The notes under the pieces were generated by a model. It saw nothing but the letters and a program-made list of their open reading frames with translations, was not told the DNA's origin and made no database searches. Both the position numbers and the translations under genes were made by a program. From contig CALCDZ010000004.1 in the NCBI GenBank assembly GCA_937900255.1, positions 198,391 to 262,390 of the forward strand: DNA of 64,000 nt. Direction: 5' to 3'. The stretch's first letter is position 1. Each line of letters opens with the position of its first letter. This document shows positions 18,192 through 26,908 of this stretch, in pieces. This stretch comes from an uncultured bacterium (GTDB taxonomy: Bacteria; Patescibacteriota; Patescibacteriia; SG8-24; DYFX01).

Positions 18192-19381
18192 TGCAGGCAC
18201 CTCAGGCGCTTTCCGTCTCGCAATTCATCGACTCGCTGAACTCGGCGTTCGCCGAGGCGATTTTCCCGTATGGCGTCCATGTGGAAGGCGAGGTCGCGCA
18301 ATATAAGCTGAGCCAGGGCAAGTGGATCTGGTTCGACCTGAAGGATGAGACCGGACTGGTCTCGTGCTTCGCCACCGTTTGGCAGATAAAGCAGCCTCTC
18401 GAGGACGGCATGAAGGTCCGCGTCCACGGTGTGCCCAAGCTCTACGCGAAGAACGGGCGTTTTTCGCTGACGGTCGATCGCGTCGAGATGGTGGGGGAGG
18501 GGGCGCTTCGCCGCGCCTTCGAGCTGCTCAAGAAAAAGCTGGAATCCGACGGCCTTTTCGCGCCAGGCCGCAAGCGCGCGCTGCCGCCGTTCCCAGAGCG
18601 CATCGGGCTGATCGCTTCGACCGAATCGGCCGCATATTCCGACTTCCTGCGCATCCTCGGCGATCGCTGGGGCGGCATGCAGGTGGCGGCGGCCCATGTG
18701 CAGGTCCAGGGGCGCGATGCCGTGCGCGACATCGTCGGCGCTTTCGATCATTTCAACCGTCATCCGGAGCTGGCGGAGGTGCTGGTGCTGACGCGCGGCG
18801 GCGGATCGCTCGAAGACCTGCACGCCTTCAACTCCGAAGAGGTCGCCCGCGCGATCTTCGCTTCCAGGGTGCCGGTCGTGGTCGGCGTCGGCCATGAGCG
18901 GGACGAATCGCTCGCCGACTACGTGGCGGACGTGCGCGCCTCCACGCCGTCGAACGCCGCCGAACGCCTGGTACCCGACCGCAGGGACATCGGCCGGAGG
19001 ATCGATACTTTCCTGCGCGTGATGGACGATGGCCTCGCGCGCGAAAGCGCCCATTACGCGCACCGGCTTTCGGACCTCGAACATCGGTTGCAGGAGCAGG
19101 TGCGTTCCGCGCGCGCCGAGTTCGACGCCGTGATGTCCGATCTCGAACGCTGCCTGCTCGGTTTCGAAGGGCGTGTGCAGCGTCTCTCCGGCGCGATCGA
19201 TCGGGACGAGCGCCTGCTCAGGTCGTTCGATCCGCAGGGCGTCCTGCGCCGCGGCTACGCCATCGTCCGCGGGCCGGACGGGCGCGTCCTTCGCGAAGCG
19301 GCATCCGTGGACAAGGGGCAGCCCGTTGCCGTACAATTGGCGAAAGGATCGATCGAAGCGACCGTCACTGAAACCCGCTGA
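18192..19381 (+). CDS. xseA: Exodeoxyribonuclease VII large subunit
   Basis: OB-fold N-terminus followed by a catalytic region (LIASTESAAYSDFLRIL, RGGGSLEDLHAFNSEEVARAI). It is followed by xseB. The start is placed at MQAPQALS; the track ORF extends upstream to 17876. Confidence 0.85.
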
Positions 19382-19382
19382 T

Positions 19383-19643
19383 ATGGCGCCAAAAGAATCC
19401 AAGAAAGCCAATTTCGCAGAGGCGTTCAAGGAACTGGAGGATATCGTCCGTTGGTTCGAATCGACCGAGGTCGATCTCGAGGAAGGGCTGAAGAAATTCG
19501 AGCGCGGGCTCGAGCTCGCCAAGAAGTGCCGCGAGCGCCTGGCGGACGTCGAGAGCAAGGTGACCCGCATCAAGGAGAAGTTCACGGACTCCGAGACGCT
19601 CGCCGTCCCGGAAGAGGAAGACGACCAGCCGCGCCTGCTCTGA
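19383..19643 (+). CDS. xseB: Exodeoxyribonuclease VII small subunit
   Basis: 86 aa, FAEAFKELEDIVRWFESTEVDLEEGLKKFERGLELAKKCRERL. It directly follows xseA. Confidence 0.8.
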   Translation: MAPKESKKANFAEAFKELEDIVRWFESTEVDLEEGLKKFERGLELAKKCRERLADVESKVTRIKEKFTDSETLAVPEEEDDQPRLL

Positions 19644-19660
19644 CCCATCATGCGGAAAGC

Positions 19661-20380
19661 ATGTCGATGACGAAACGCCTCCTCACCCTCTTCGTCGCCT
19701 CGTGCGTTTTGGCGTTCCTCGCCCCGGTCCAGGCCGGTTCGGCCCCGTTGGCTGCGGCCGTCATCCTGGCCGCCGTCTTCACGCTCGGTCTCGTGGTCCG
19801 GCGCGCATGGCGGAGGCGCGATGATCTGCGGTCTTCAGTGGCGGTCGAGCTCAACAAGATCCGCCGCATCTATCACCTGGGAAGGAATCTCGGGACGGAG
19901 ACGCATCATCGCCAGTGGTTCACCGAACTGCACGGGTCCGTCTACGCATACCTCTCGGAGTTCGACAAGAAGCCGTTCTCCCGTTTCCGGGAGACGGACG
20001 CGGGGTTCCGGAAGCTCAGCTACCACCTGTATCAGGTTTCCGGCCTCGAGACGGAGAAGGAGCGGGCCTTATACCGCGAGCTGCTCGGAGCGGCCGGGGC
20101 CGCTGCCGAGGCGCGCCAACGCACGTGGGAGCTGTGGAACGGAGGACTGCCGTCAGGCGCGTGGACCGCATTGACCGTCCTGGCGCTCGCCTCCGGCGCC
20201 GCCGCGTTGGGTGCCATGGGCCCGTCCGATCGTTGGACCGCGGCTTTTGCCATCACGGCGGTCGGGACCTGCTTCTTCTTGGCGCGCGAGGCCGATGACC
20301 TGCGTCATTCGGCGGGGGAGGAGCTTGCCAAGAGCTACGCCGAGAACGTCGCGCGCCTTGAGATGCGGCGCGAAGCCTGA
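19661..20380 (+). CDS. Hypothetical polytopic membrane protein
   Basis: 239 aa with several TM helices. No recognisable motif. Confidence 0.45.
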   Translation: MSMTKRLLTLFVASCVLAFLAPVQAGSAPLAAAVILAAVFTLGLVVRRAWRRRDDLRSSVAVELNKIRRIYHLGRNLGTETHHRQWFTELHGSVYAYLSEFDKKPFSRFRETDAGFRKLSYHLYQVSGLETEKERALYRELLGAAGAAAEARQRTWELWNGGLPSGAWTALTVLALASGAAALGAMGPSDRWTAAFAITAVGTCFFLAREADDLRHSAGEELAKSYAENVARLEMRREA

Positions 20381-20384
20381 AACC

Positions 20385-20513
20385 ATGTCCAAGAACAACG
20401 CCCGCAGCTTCGGCGGAAACCGCAAGGGTCCCGGATACCGGACGCCGAGCTCTTTCCGCGGCCAAATCTCCATCAAGCGCAAGAACCTCCCGAAGGATTT
20501 CAACCGAAAATGA
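20385..20513 (+). CDS. Possible small basic peptide (42 aa) translationally coupled to pyrH
   Basis: MSKNNARSFGGNRKGPGYRTPSSFRGQISIKRKNLPKDFNRK. Its stop overlaps the pyrH ATG (ATGA arrangement). No Shine-Dalgarno was seen, so the call is weak. Confidence 0.2.
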   Translation: MSKNNARSFGGNRKGPGYRTPSSFRGQISIKRKNLPKDFNRK

Positions 20514-21196
20514 AGAAAGCGCCCGTCATCATCTCGCTCGGCGGCTCCCTGATCGTTCCTGCGTCAGGGATCGATGTGGCGTTCCTTAAGCGTTTCAAGG
20601 CCTTCATCACGAAGCGCGTCTCCAGGGGAGAGCGCTTCGTCCTGATCTGCGGCGGCGGCTCCACGGCGCGGCAGTACCAGAAGGCCGCCAAGGCGGTCGG
20701 GCAGCTTTCGCGGGAAGACGTCGACTGGATCGGCATCCATTCGACGCGCCTGAACGCGCATCTGCTGCGTACCGTCTTCCAGAAGCTTGCACACCCGACC
20801 GTCGTCAAGAATCCGCTCTCGCCCCCGGCCTTCCGCGAACCCGTCCTGATCGCCGCCGGTTGGAAGCCCGGCTGGTCCACCGATTACTGCGCCACGCTCC
20901 TGGCCTCCAGCCTGGGCGCGACGACTGTCCTCAACCTTTCGGACGTCGATCGCGTCTACAGCGCCGACCCCAAGAAAGATCCGGGGGCCAAGCCGCTTTC
21001 CGCCATCGATTGGAAAGCCTTCCGGAAGATCGTCGGGAACCGCTGGGATCCGGGCGCGAACGTGCCGTTCGATCCGGTCGCGGCCGCGCTCGCAGAACGC
21101 ATCGGAGTGAAAGTCAAGATGATCGCCGGACGTTCGTTCGCGGAGATCGCCAAGGCGCTCGACGGCAAGAGGTTCAGGGGTACCGTGATCGGATGA
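20510..21196 (+). CDS. pyrH: UMP kinase (amino-acid kinase family)
   Basis: PVIISLGGSLIVP...LICGGGSTARQY, typical of the amino-acid kinase fold. The length (228 aa) fits UMP kinase. Confidence 0.6.
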   Translation: MKKAPVIISLGGSLIVPASGIDVAFLKRFKAFITKRVSRGERFVLICGGGSTARQYQKAAKAVGQLSREDVDWIGIHSTRLNAHLLRTVFQKLAHPTVVKNPLSPPAFREPVLIAAGWKPGWSTDYCATLLASSLGATTVLNLSDVDRVYSADPKKDPGAKPLSAIDWKAFRKIVGNRWDPGANVPFDPVAAALAERIGVKVKMIAGRSFAEIAKALDGKRFRGTVIG

Positions 21197-21213
21197 ACGG
21201 AATCGGCCGGCAA

Positions 21214-21244
21214 CCCGCGATTGACGCTTTCGCGGGTTTCCTTA
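21214..21244 (+). terminator. Hairpin plus T-tract after pyrH, with an embedded TTGACG box
   Basis: CCCGCG-attgacgcttt-CGCGGG followed by TTTCCTTAT. Confidence 0.4.
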
Positions 21245-21278
21245 TAGGCTGGACCCGGTCCCCAACAAGGAGCAGAGG

Positions 21279-21881
21279 ATGCTGAAGATCATCGTCGCTT
21301 TCGCGGTCCTTTCCATGGCGGCTTGCGGGTCCGCCTCCCAGGCCGGTCCCAAACCCGCCGCCCCCGCGCCCACCGTCCAGCAACAGCCGCCATCGCCCGA
21401 AGCGGTCCAGGGTCCGGTGGATCTCAGCGGCAAGCTGCTCATGATCAGCGGCGAGGGCTTGGCCGGTTTCCGCATGCGGTTGACGCCATCGCCGTGGAGA
21501 GGGCAGTTTTCTCCGCCCCAGCCGAACGGCGTGCGCATGCTGCTGCTCGAACGGACCGATCTCCATGCGCTCCTGGCCATCATGCCGTATGCCGATGACG
21601 GTACCGACGCCAGACGTCTGGCGGTCCAGGCCCGTACGGCGCTGATCGCCGAAGGGGCGATCGACATCACGGAGATCGAGAGCGAACCGTTCGGCCGCTA
21701 CGCCTTCATGGCTGACGGCATGGCCAACGGCCAGCCGGCGCGCGTCTACATCGCCATCGTCCCGCACCCGACCTCCGGCGGCATCTACCTGATCTTCAAG
21801 GCCATCTCCTCCACGGCCGTTTCGGACGAATTCCTCAAGGACGTCCGTTCCATCGCCGACAGCATCGGCCCCCTCAAATAG
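21279..21881 (+). CDS. Hypothetical lipoprotein
   Basis: Signal peptide plus lipobox MLKIIVAFAVLSMAAC. Shine-Dalgarno AAGGAG 7 nt upstream. Confidence 0.45.
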   Translation: MLKIIVAFAVLSMAACGSASQAGPKPAAPAPTVQQQPPSPEAVQGPVDLSGKLLMISGEGLAGFRMRLTPSPWRGQFSPPQPNGVRMLLLERTDLHALLAIMPYADDGTDARRLAVQARTALIAEGAIDITEIESEPFGRYAFMADGMANGQPARVYIAIVPHPTSGGIYLIFKAISSTAVSDEFLKDVRSIADSIGPLK

Positions 21882-21895
21882 GAGGGCTTTTTTAT
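21871..21895 (+). terminator. Rho-independent terminator
   Basis: CCCTC-aaatag-GAGGG followed by CTTTTTTAT. Confidence 0.45.
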
Positions 21896-21978
21896 CATGA
21901 AAAGATGACAATTCCCATGATTTCCAAGAAAAATACTCTATTTAGAGCTGGCGTGATGGCAATTCATGTCACCGACTA

Positions 21979-22007
21979 TTGACAAAATAGAGGGAACGTG
22001 CTATCAT
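21979..22007 (+). promoter_or_regulatory. Sigma70-like promoter in an AT-rich island
   Basis: TTGACA (21979-84), 17-nt spacer, TATCAT (22002-07). The -10 overlaps the first ATG of the annotated ORF. Confidence 0.5.
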
Positions 22008-22482
22008 GGCACTATCGTTGAATGGCAAGTCGTACCTGACGAGCCATTTTACCCAAAAAAACTGGAACTCCGGAGGCATCACCTACATGCGCACCTTCGA
22101 TAACGACAAGCCCCGCCCCGTGGCCTTTGCGACCCCGACCGGTGGATTCAAGGTCGCCCGCGCCTACCGCTGGATTCCCGAGGGCGAGCTCCGCTGGATT
22201 GAGATGATCGAGGAGGACTTCCGCGAGAACATCGCGGAGGAGCGCCGGGAGCAGGAGCGCCGGCGGCTCGAGGCCCAGCCCTTCCAGGGCTCCGGCCAGC
22301 ACCCGGTGACGCTCGGCTCGCGACGCGCGAGCATGCTCGCGCGCAACCTGCCGGACGGCTCCATCCGAAAGTTCCGGCGCGGCCGCGACTCCAGCAGGTC
22401 CCGTACCCACAGCCGTAACCGTGACATGATCCAGCGCCGCCAGTGCCGCCTCAATCACCCCCGCTGGCGCTTTGCCGCCTAG
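22006..22482 (+). CDS. Hypothetical protein with an Arg/Ser-rich C-terminus; the true start may be the internal ATG at 22087
   Basis: 158-aa ORF. The promoter -10 overlaps ATG 22006, so the transcript likely begins downstream. GGAGG lies 12 nt before ATG 22087. Confidence 0.4.
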   Translation: MALSLNGKSYLTSHFTQKNWNSGGITYMRTFDNDKPRPVAFATPTGGFKVARAYRWIPEGELRWIEMIEEDFRENIAEERREQERRRLEAQPFQGSGQHPVTLGSRRASMLARNLPDGSIRKFRRGRDSSRSRTHSRNRDMIQRRQCRLNHPRWRFAA

Positions 22483-22548
22483 CGACGTCTCGTCGTCGCA
22501 GGCCCCCGCCCACTCTCATGTGGCGGGGTCGTTGTTTTTTAAGGCGGC

Positions 22549-22577
22549 TTGACGCCTTTTCCGGTTTCCGGTATCCT
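22549..22577 (+). promoter_or_regulatory. Promoter of the rplJ-rplL operon
   Basis: TTGACG (22549-54), 17-nt spacer, TATCCT (22572-77). Confidence 0.55.
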
Positions 22578-22583
22578 GGCGTC

Positions 22584-22768
22584 AACAACTTCTCGTTTAC
22601 CGAAGACCATAGGTCGCCCCCGGCTGGGGGCCTGAAACCGGATCTGCCGATCCGATCCTATCGAGGCGAACGCCCATGACGGATTTTCCGTCATCCTGCG
22701 TCCGCGGTCTACACGCGGACGTTGTTATTTGAAAGGTCGATCGTGCACTCAGTCACGCAACCCGTCAC
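22584..22768 (+). promoter_or_regulatory. Structured 5' leader of rplJ (ribosomal protein L10 leader-like, putative autoregulatory RNA)
   Basis: About 185 nt of untranslated leader with several hairpins: GCCCCC-ggct-GGGGGC (22615-30), GACGG-atttt-CCGTC (22678-92), and TCCGCG-gtctaca-CGCGGA (22701-18). Confidence 0.45.
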
Positions 22769-23299
22769 ATGGCAAAATCCCGCAAACAGAAAGAACTCAC
22801 GCTCGGCGACCTGACCGAGCAGCTCGGAAAGGCCAAGTCCGTGGTCTTCGCCGACATGAAAGGCCTGACCGTCAAGGACGCCACCGCCTTCCGCAACAAG
22901 GCACGCAAGGAGAACGTCGGCGTGCTCGTCGCCAAGAAGACCTTGATGCGCCTGGCGTTCAAGGAAGCCGGCTACGACGGCGTCGACCCGAGCGCCCTCC
23001 AGGGCTCGCTCGTGCTGGTCACCGGCTTCGACGACGAAGTCGCTCCCGCCAAGCTCGCCGCCGAGTTCGCCAAGGATCACGAAGCGCTCAAGATCGTCGC
23101 CGGCGTGCTCGAACGCAAGCTCGTCGATGCCGCTTCGATCACCGCGCTCTCCAAGCTTCCGAGCAAGCAGGAACTCATCGCCAAGCTGGTCGGTTCCATC
23201 AACGCTCCGCTCTCCGGCTTCGTCAACGTCCTGGCCGGCAACCTCCGCGGCCTCGTGAACGTCATGAACGCCATCAAGGACCAGAAAGCGTCCGTTTAA
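22769..23299 (+). CDS. rplJ: 50S ribosomal protein L10
   Basis: [63 protein letters not shown]... matches L10 family sequence. Confidence 0.9.
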   Translation: MAKSRKQKELTLGDLTEQLGKAKSVVFADMKGLTVKDATAFRNKARKENVGVLVAKKTLMRLAFKEAGYDGVDPSALQGSLVLVTGFDDEVAPAKLAAEFAKDHEALKIVAGVLERKLVDAASITALSKLPSKQELIAKLVGSINAPLSGFVNVLAGNLRGLVNVMNAIKDQKASV

Positions 23300-23321
23300 G
23301 AAAACGATTCACATCAACACT

Positions 23322-23723
23322 ATGTCGGAAGAAAAGAACGTCGTGGTGCCGGAGAAGTTCCAGGCCCTCGTCTCGTCCATCGAGAAGCTGTCCGTGCTTG
23401 ACCTGGCCGAGCTGGTCAAGGTCCTCGAAGAGAAGTTCGGCGTCTCCGCCGCCGCCCCGATGATGGCCATGGCCGCCGCCCCGGCCGCCGCCGGCGCCGC
23501 CGCCGAAGAGCAGACCTCCTTCACCGTCGAGTTGACCGCCTCCGGCGACAACAAGATCGGCGTCATCAAGGCCGTCCGCGCCCTCACCAACCTCGGCCTC
23601 AAGGAAGCCAAGGACATGGTCGACGGCGCCCCGAAGGTCGTCAAGGAAGGCGTCTCGAAGGACGAAGCTGCCGCCGCCAAGAAGGAGCTCGAAGCCGCCG
23701 GCGCGAAGGTCACCGTCAAGTAA
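23322..23723 (+). CDS. rplL: 50S ribosomal protein L7/L12
   Basis: N-terminal dimerisation helix, an Ala/Pro-rich hinge ([19 protein letters not shown]), and the C-terminal domain [37 protein letters not shown]. Confidence 0.9.
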   Translation: MSEEKNVVVPEKFQALVSSIEKLSVLDLAELVKVLEEKFGVSAAAPMMAMAAAPAAAGAAAEEQTSFTVELTASGDNKIGVIKAVRALTNLGLKEAKDMVDGAPKVVKEGVSKDEAAAAKKELEAAGAKVTVK

Positions 23724-23740
23724 GGACGTACGGAACGGAA

Positions 23741-23767
23741 ACCCCCGACGCGAGTCGGGGGTTTTTC
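23741..23767. terminator. Bidirectional Rho-independent terminator
   Basis: AAACCCCCGAC-gcga-GTCGGGGGTTTTT sits between the convergent rplL gene and the large minus-strand gene. Confidence 0.7.
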
Positions 23768-25862
23768 ATTTGATCGGCACGGCGTAGATCTTGCCGTCTC
23801 CGGCGAGCAGGTAGACGGTCGCGCCCTTGGCATCGACGGCTGAAGCGCGCAAGTCCTTGAACTCCGGAGCGGTCAGTTGCGAGAGGAGCCGCCCGGTCGT
23901 CTTGTCGACGACGTAGGCGCGGTCGCCGCCTATGTCGGCGAAGACGAGCTTGTTGGAGCCGGCCGAGACCCAAGGGGTCGCGGCACCGGACGGGGCCGGG
24001 TCGATGGTCGAGGCCGCATATTCCTGGACGACCGCTCCCTTGAGATACTTGCGTGTCGTACCGTCGCGATACAGCAGGTAAATGGCGCCATCGGCCGCCA
24101 AGCCGCTGGGAGACGGCGGAGCTCCGCGAAGGACATCCGCCGGCGTTCCCAGCTTGCTGGTCATGACGGATCTCCGGTTGACCGTGCCATCGGCGGTCGC
24201 TCCATAGAGGCGGCCCTGATAGAAGATGAATGGGGTCTCCGCGGCGAATGGTCCCGGGTAGGTCCTCGTTTCCCCGGTCTCCGGGTTCCAATAGGCGAGC
24301 GTCCCGGAAGCGTCTTCGAGCAGGAACCCTGTCTGCGCGGCGGCTGCGGCCGTCACCCCGCCCTTCGCGCCTTGGATCATCGTCTCGGCGGAAACGGTCC
24401 CGTCCTTTGAGATGATATGCGCCTTTGGAGCGGCGGGGGAGAAGACATAGAGCTTATCGCCGAACCAGGCCATGTTGGTCCCGGAGGTCGCCGCATCGCC
24501 CACGGTCGCGAAGATCGACGGTTTTTCCACGACGACGACGCGCCTCAGCTTCGTACGTTCCGCATCGATGCCGCTGCGCGCTTCGGTCTTGGTCTTCTGC
24601 TGCGCCGCCGTCTTTTCCGGCAATGCGTCCGCGAGCGCCGTCATGCGCGCCAGCCGTTCCCGGCTGCGGTCTTCGCTGTCGTAAATCATCCCGGCTTCGA
24701 AGTCGCTCTCTGCCTGCTGCAGTTCGGCCAAGGTCGCTTCATAGGTCTTGGTTTCCCTGAGGACGATTTCCCGTCTGACGGAAAAACCCAGCCCGTGAAG
24801 GAAGACGGCGCCGACCGCCAAGAGCAGCAGGAAGCGTTTGCGGCTTTGGAGCGGCAAGGCATTGAAGCGATCGATGGCCGCGGAAAGGGCGTGATCCGGC
24901 GCCGAAATCAAGGCTTGGATGATCTTGGTCCTGGATTCGTGCCGGACCAGCAACGAGATGGCGCGCGGAAGACGGAACGGAAGCGATGCCAGCCATTTGG
25001 CGGCGCGCCAAGCGAGAGCGGCGAGACGGCGCATCGCGGTACCGAGGAAGATCAGCGCATGGCGGGCGGCGCGAGCGATCAGCTCTCCGATATCCGGCCC
25101 GACGATCGGCGGAGCGGCCCGACGCGGCGCGGCGGGAATCGCCGCCGCGTTCCGTACGGGGTTCGCGGAAACCTTCCGTTCCGGTCCCGTCGCTTCTCCG
25201 GACGGGGCGGAGTTCAGGCAGAGGATCGAGACGGGCAGGCGCGCATTGCGCAGCGCCGACCTGATGTCGCGCGATGCCTTGGCGAAATCCCGCTGGCCGA
25301 AGGTGTCCCGTACGAACTGATCGTCCAGCGAACGGAACAGTTCCGAGGTCGCGATCACCAGGCGCCCGGATTCCGGAAAGGCGCCCGTCTGAAGCGACGT
25401 GAAGAATTTCGGTTCGCCGTTACGCTCCGGCGTCTCGTCGAACAGGGCATATGGCGCGAGCGCGCCGGCGTTCGGTACGTAGAGGATGCCGCGGACGGCT
25501 CCGTGGGAAGAAAGCATCAGCTGCCCTTCGGAGAAGGCGGCGGCCGCTCCGCGCAGCTTGATGCCGGGCATCGAGAGGTCGTGTTCGTAAAGGAAGGCCA
25601 GGACGGCCTTGTTGACCTGCTTCAAGGCCGCCTCGAAGCGCGCCTCGACCGGCCCTTTCTGGAAGAAGATCGGGCGCACTTCTTCGGCCAGCCTTTCGGA
25701 CAGTCTCTCCACCACGCGTTTCGGCGCTTCCGCGGCGATCAGCGCAAAAAAAATCTCCAAATCTCCTCCGGCTTGCGGCGGGGAGGTCAGGGTGAGGCAG
25801 CGGGCGGCGACGAGCCCGGAGCCGCCCGGAACGTGGATTTCGCCGATGCTGATAGGAGTCAT
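23766..25862 (-). CDS. Large hypothetical protein with an N-terminal cytoplasmic domain, one TM helix, a coiled-coil, and a C-terminal beta-propeller-like repeat region
   Basis: 698 aa. TM helix FLLLLAVGAVFLHGLGF. Coiled-coil ATLAELQQAESDFEAG. C-terminal repeated YLL(Y/A)xDG(T/K) blades ending in KIYAVPIK. Confidence 0.5.
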   Translation of the reverse strand: MTPISIGEIHVPGGSGLVAARCLTLTSPPQAGGDLEIFFALIAAEAPKRVVERLSERLAEEVRPIFFQKGPVEARFEAALKQVNKAVLAFLYEHDLSMPGIKLRGAAAAFSEGQLMLSSHGAVRGILYVPNAGALAPYALFDETPERNGEPKFFTSLQTGAFPESGRLVIATSELFRSLDDQFVRDTFGQRDFAKASRDIRSALRNARLPVSILCLNSAPSGEATGPERKVSANPVRNAAAIPAAPRRAAPPIVGPDIGELIARAARHALIFLGTAMRRLAALAWRAAKWLASLPFRLPRAISLLVRHESRTKIIQALISAPDHALSAAIDRFNALPLQSRKRFLLLLAVGAVFLHGLGFSVRREIVLRETKTYEATLAELQQAESDFEAGMIYDSEDRSRERLARMTALADALPEKTAAQQKTKTEARSGIDAERTKLRRVVVVEKPSIFATVGDAATSGTNMAWFGDKLYVFSPAAPKAHIISKDGTVSAETMIQGAKGGVTAAAAAQTGFLLEDASGTLAYWNPETGETRTYPGPFAAETPFIFYQGRLYGATADGTVNRRSVMTSKLGTPADVLRGAPPSPSGLAADGAIYLLYRDGTTRKYLKGAVVQEYAASTIDPAPSGAATPWVSAGSNKLVFADIGGDRAYVVDKTTGRLLSQLTAPEFKDLRASAVDAKGATVYLLAGDGKIYAVPIK

Positions 25863-25863
25863 T

Positions 25864-25892
25864 TTGACCTGTCTTCGGCATCAGTATACAAT
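25864..25892 (+). promoter_or_regulatory. Sigma70-like promoter
   Basis: TTGACC (25864-69), 17-nt spacer, TACAAT (25887-92). It diverges from the start of the large minus-strand gene. Confidence 0.45.
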
Positions 25893-25913
25893 ACTCCCTG
25901 TTCGACGGCCACT

Positions 25914-26510
25914 ATGCTTGAACAATTATTTGGTTCAAAGACGCGGACGCAGCTTCTCCGGACGTTCCTGCAGAACCCGGAGACGAGTTTTTTCGTCCGT
26001 GAATTGACCCGCAGGCTCGACGTGCAGATCAACGCGGTGCGTCATGAGCTCAAGAACCTCGAATCGCTCGGCTTGATCGAGACGGTGTCGGCGGAAGGCA
26101 AGGCCGTCCAGAAGAAGCATTTCCGTCTTAGGCACAATTCCATCCTGATTCCCGATCTCCGCGCCTTGTTCGTGAAATCCCGCGTATTGCTCGAAAAGGA
26201 CCTGGCCCGCCGCCTGCAGGCCGTCGGGCGCGTTTCGTACTTCGCGCTTACGGGCCGTTTCGTGGATCGCCAGGAAGCCCCGACCGACGTCTTCATCGTG
26301 GGCAAGGTGGATCGGCGCAAGCTTTCGGACCTCATCCGCAAGTTCGAGATCGAGTTCGGCCATGAGATCAACTTCACGGTGTTGGACGAAGAAGAGATGC
26401 GTTACCGCATGGATGTCATGGACCGCTTCCTCTACAGCGTGCTCGATCAGCCGAAGCTCGTCTTCGTCGACGAGTTCTTCCATTCGGTCACGGTCTCGCC
26501 GTCGGTATGA
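25914..26510 (+). CDS. Putative winged-helix transcriptional regulator
   Basis: Starts MLEQLFGSKTRTQLLRTFLQNPETSFFVRELTRRLDVQINAVRHELKNLESLGLIE, an ArsR/PadR-like wHTH. The C-terminal about 100 aa has unknown function. The track ORF from 24417 is an artefactual extension. Confidence 0.5.
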   Translation: MLEQLFGSKTRTQLLRTFLQNPETSFFVRELTRRLDVQINAVRHELKNLESLGLIETVSAEGKAVQKKHFRLRHNSILIPDLRALFVKSRVLLEKDLARRLQAVGRVSYFALTGRFVDRQEAPTDVFIVGKVDRRKLSDLIRKFEIEFGHEINFTVLDEEEMRYRMDVMDRFLYSVLDQPKLVFVDEFFHSVTVSPSV

Positions 26511-26908
26511 GGGCCGCTTTCTGCGCCGCTCCCCAAGGCGGTTCCGACGTCTCTCTCTCCAGAGGCGGGAACGTGCTCGCGTTCCGGGTGGGGGATGCCT
26601 CTTCGGACCTGCTCGCCTTGCTTGAAGACGCCCTGGAGTCCGTCGCGTCGGATCGAGGCGACCTCCATGAGATCGCCATCGATCGCGGGCCGGACGGTTT
26701 TTCGACGGTGCGCCGGCGCGTGGCGGCCGCTTCCGGGCTCGCGAGATCGCTTGATGCCGCTCTTGCGGCCGTCTCCGGACTGTCTCGGGAGGAAGCGGCG
26801 GCGCTGCCGTCCTCGGAGTTCCGGCCGCGGGCTTCCTGCGTCCCGCTCTATGCCGCCCTGCCTAACATCACGGCCAGCAAGAAGAAAAAGACATGGACCA
26901 CGCGTTGA
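26507..26908 (+). CDS. Short TsaB/YeaZ-like protein (t6A biosynthesis, inactive Kae1-family homolog), lacking the usual C-terminal half
   Basis: LHEIAIDRGPDGFSTVRRRVAAASGLARSLDAALAAVSGL resembles the TsaB core [40 protein letters not shown]. Only 133 aa. ATGA overlap with the upstream gene. Confidence 0.4.
   Translation: MRAAFCAAPQGGSDVSLSRGGNVLAFRVGDASSDLLALLEDALESVASDRGDLHEIAIDRGPDGFSTVRRRVAAASGLARSLDAALAAVSGLSREEAAALPSSEFRPRASCVPLYAALPNITASKKKKTWTTR

Noticed and set aside
21895-22005. AT-rich island as a possible replication origin
   Set aside because: No DnaA-box (TTATCCACA-like) arrays and no dnaA/dnaN nearby. Its features are better explained as promoter plus operator repeats.
24417-26510. 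697-aa plus-strand ORF
   Set aside because: Only 25914-26510 is plausible (the wHTH regulator, with a promoter at 25864-92). The remainder is antisense to the large minus-strand gene.
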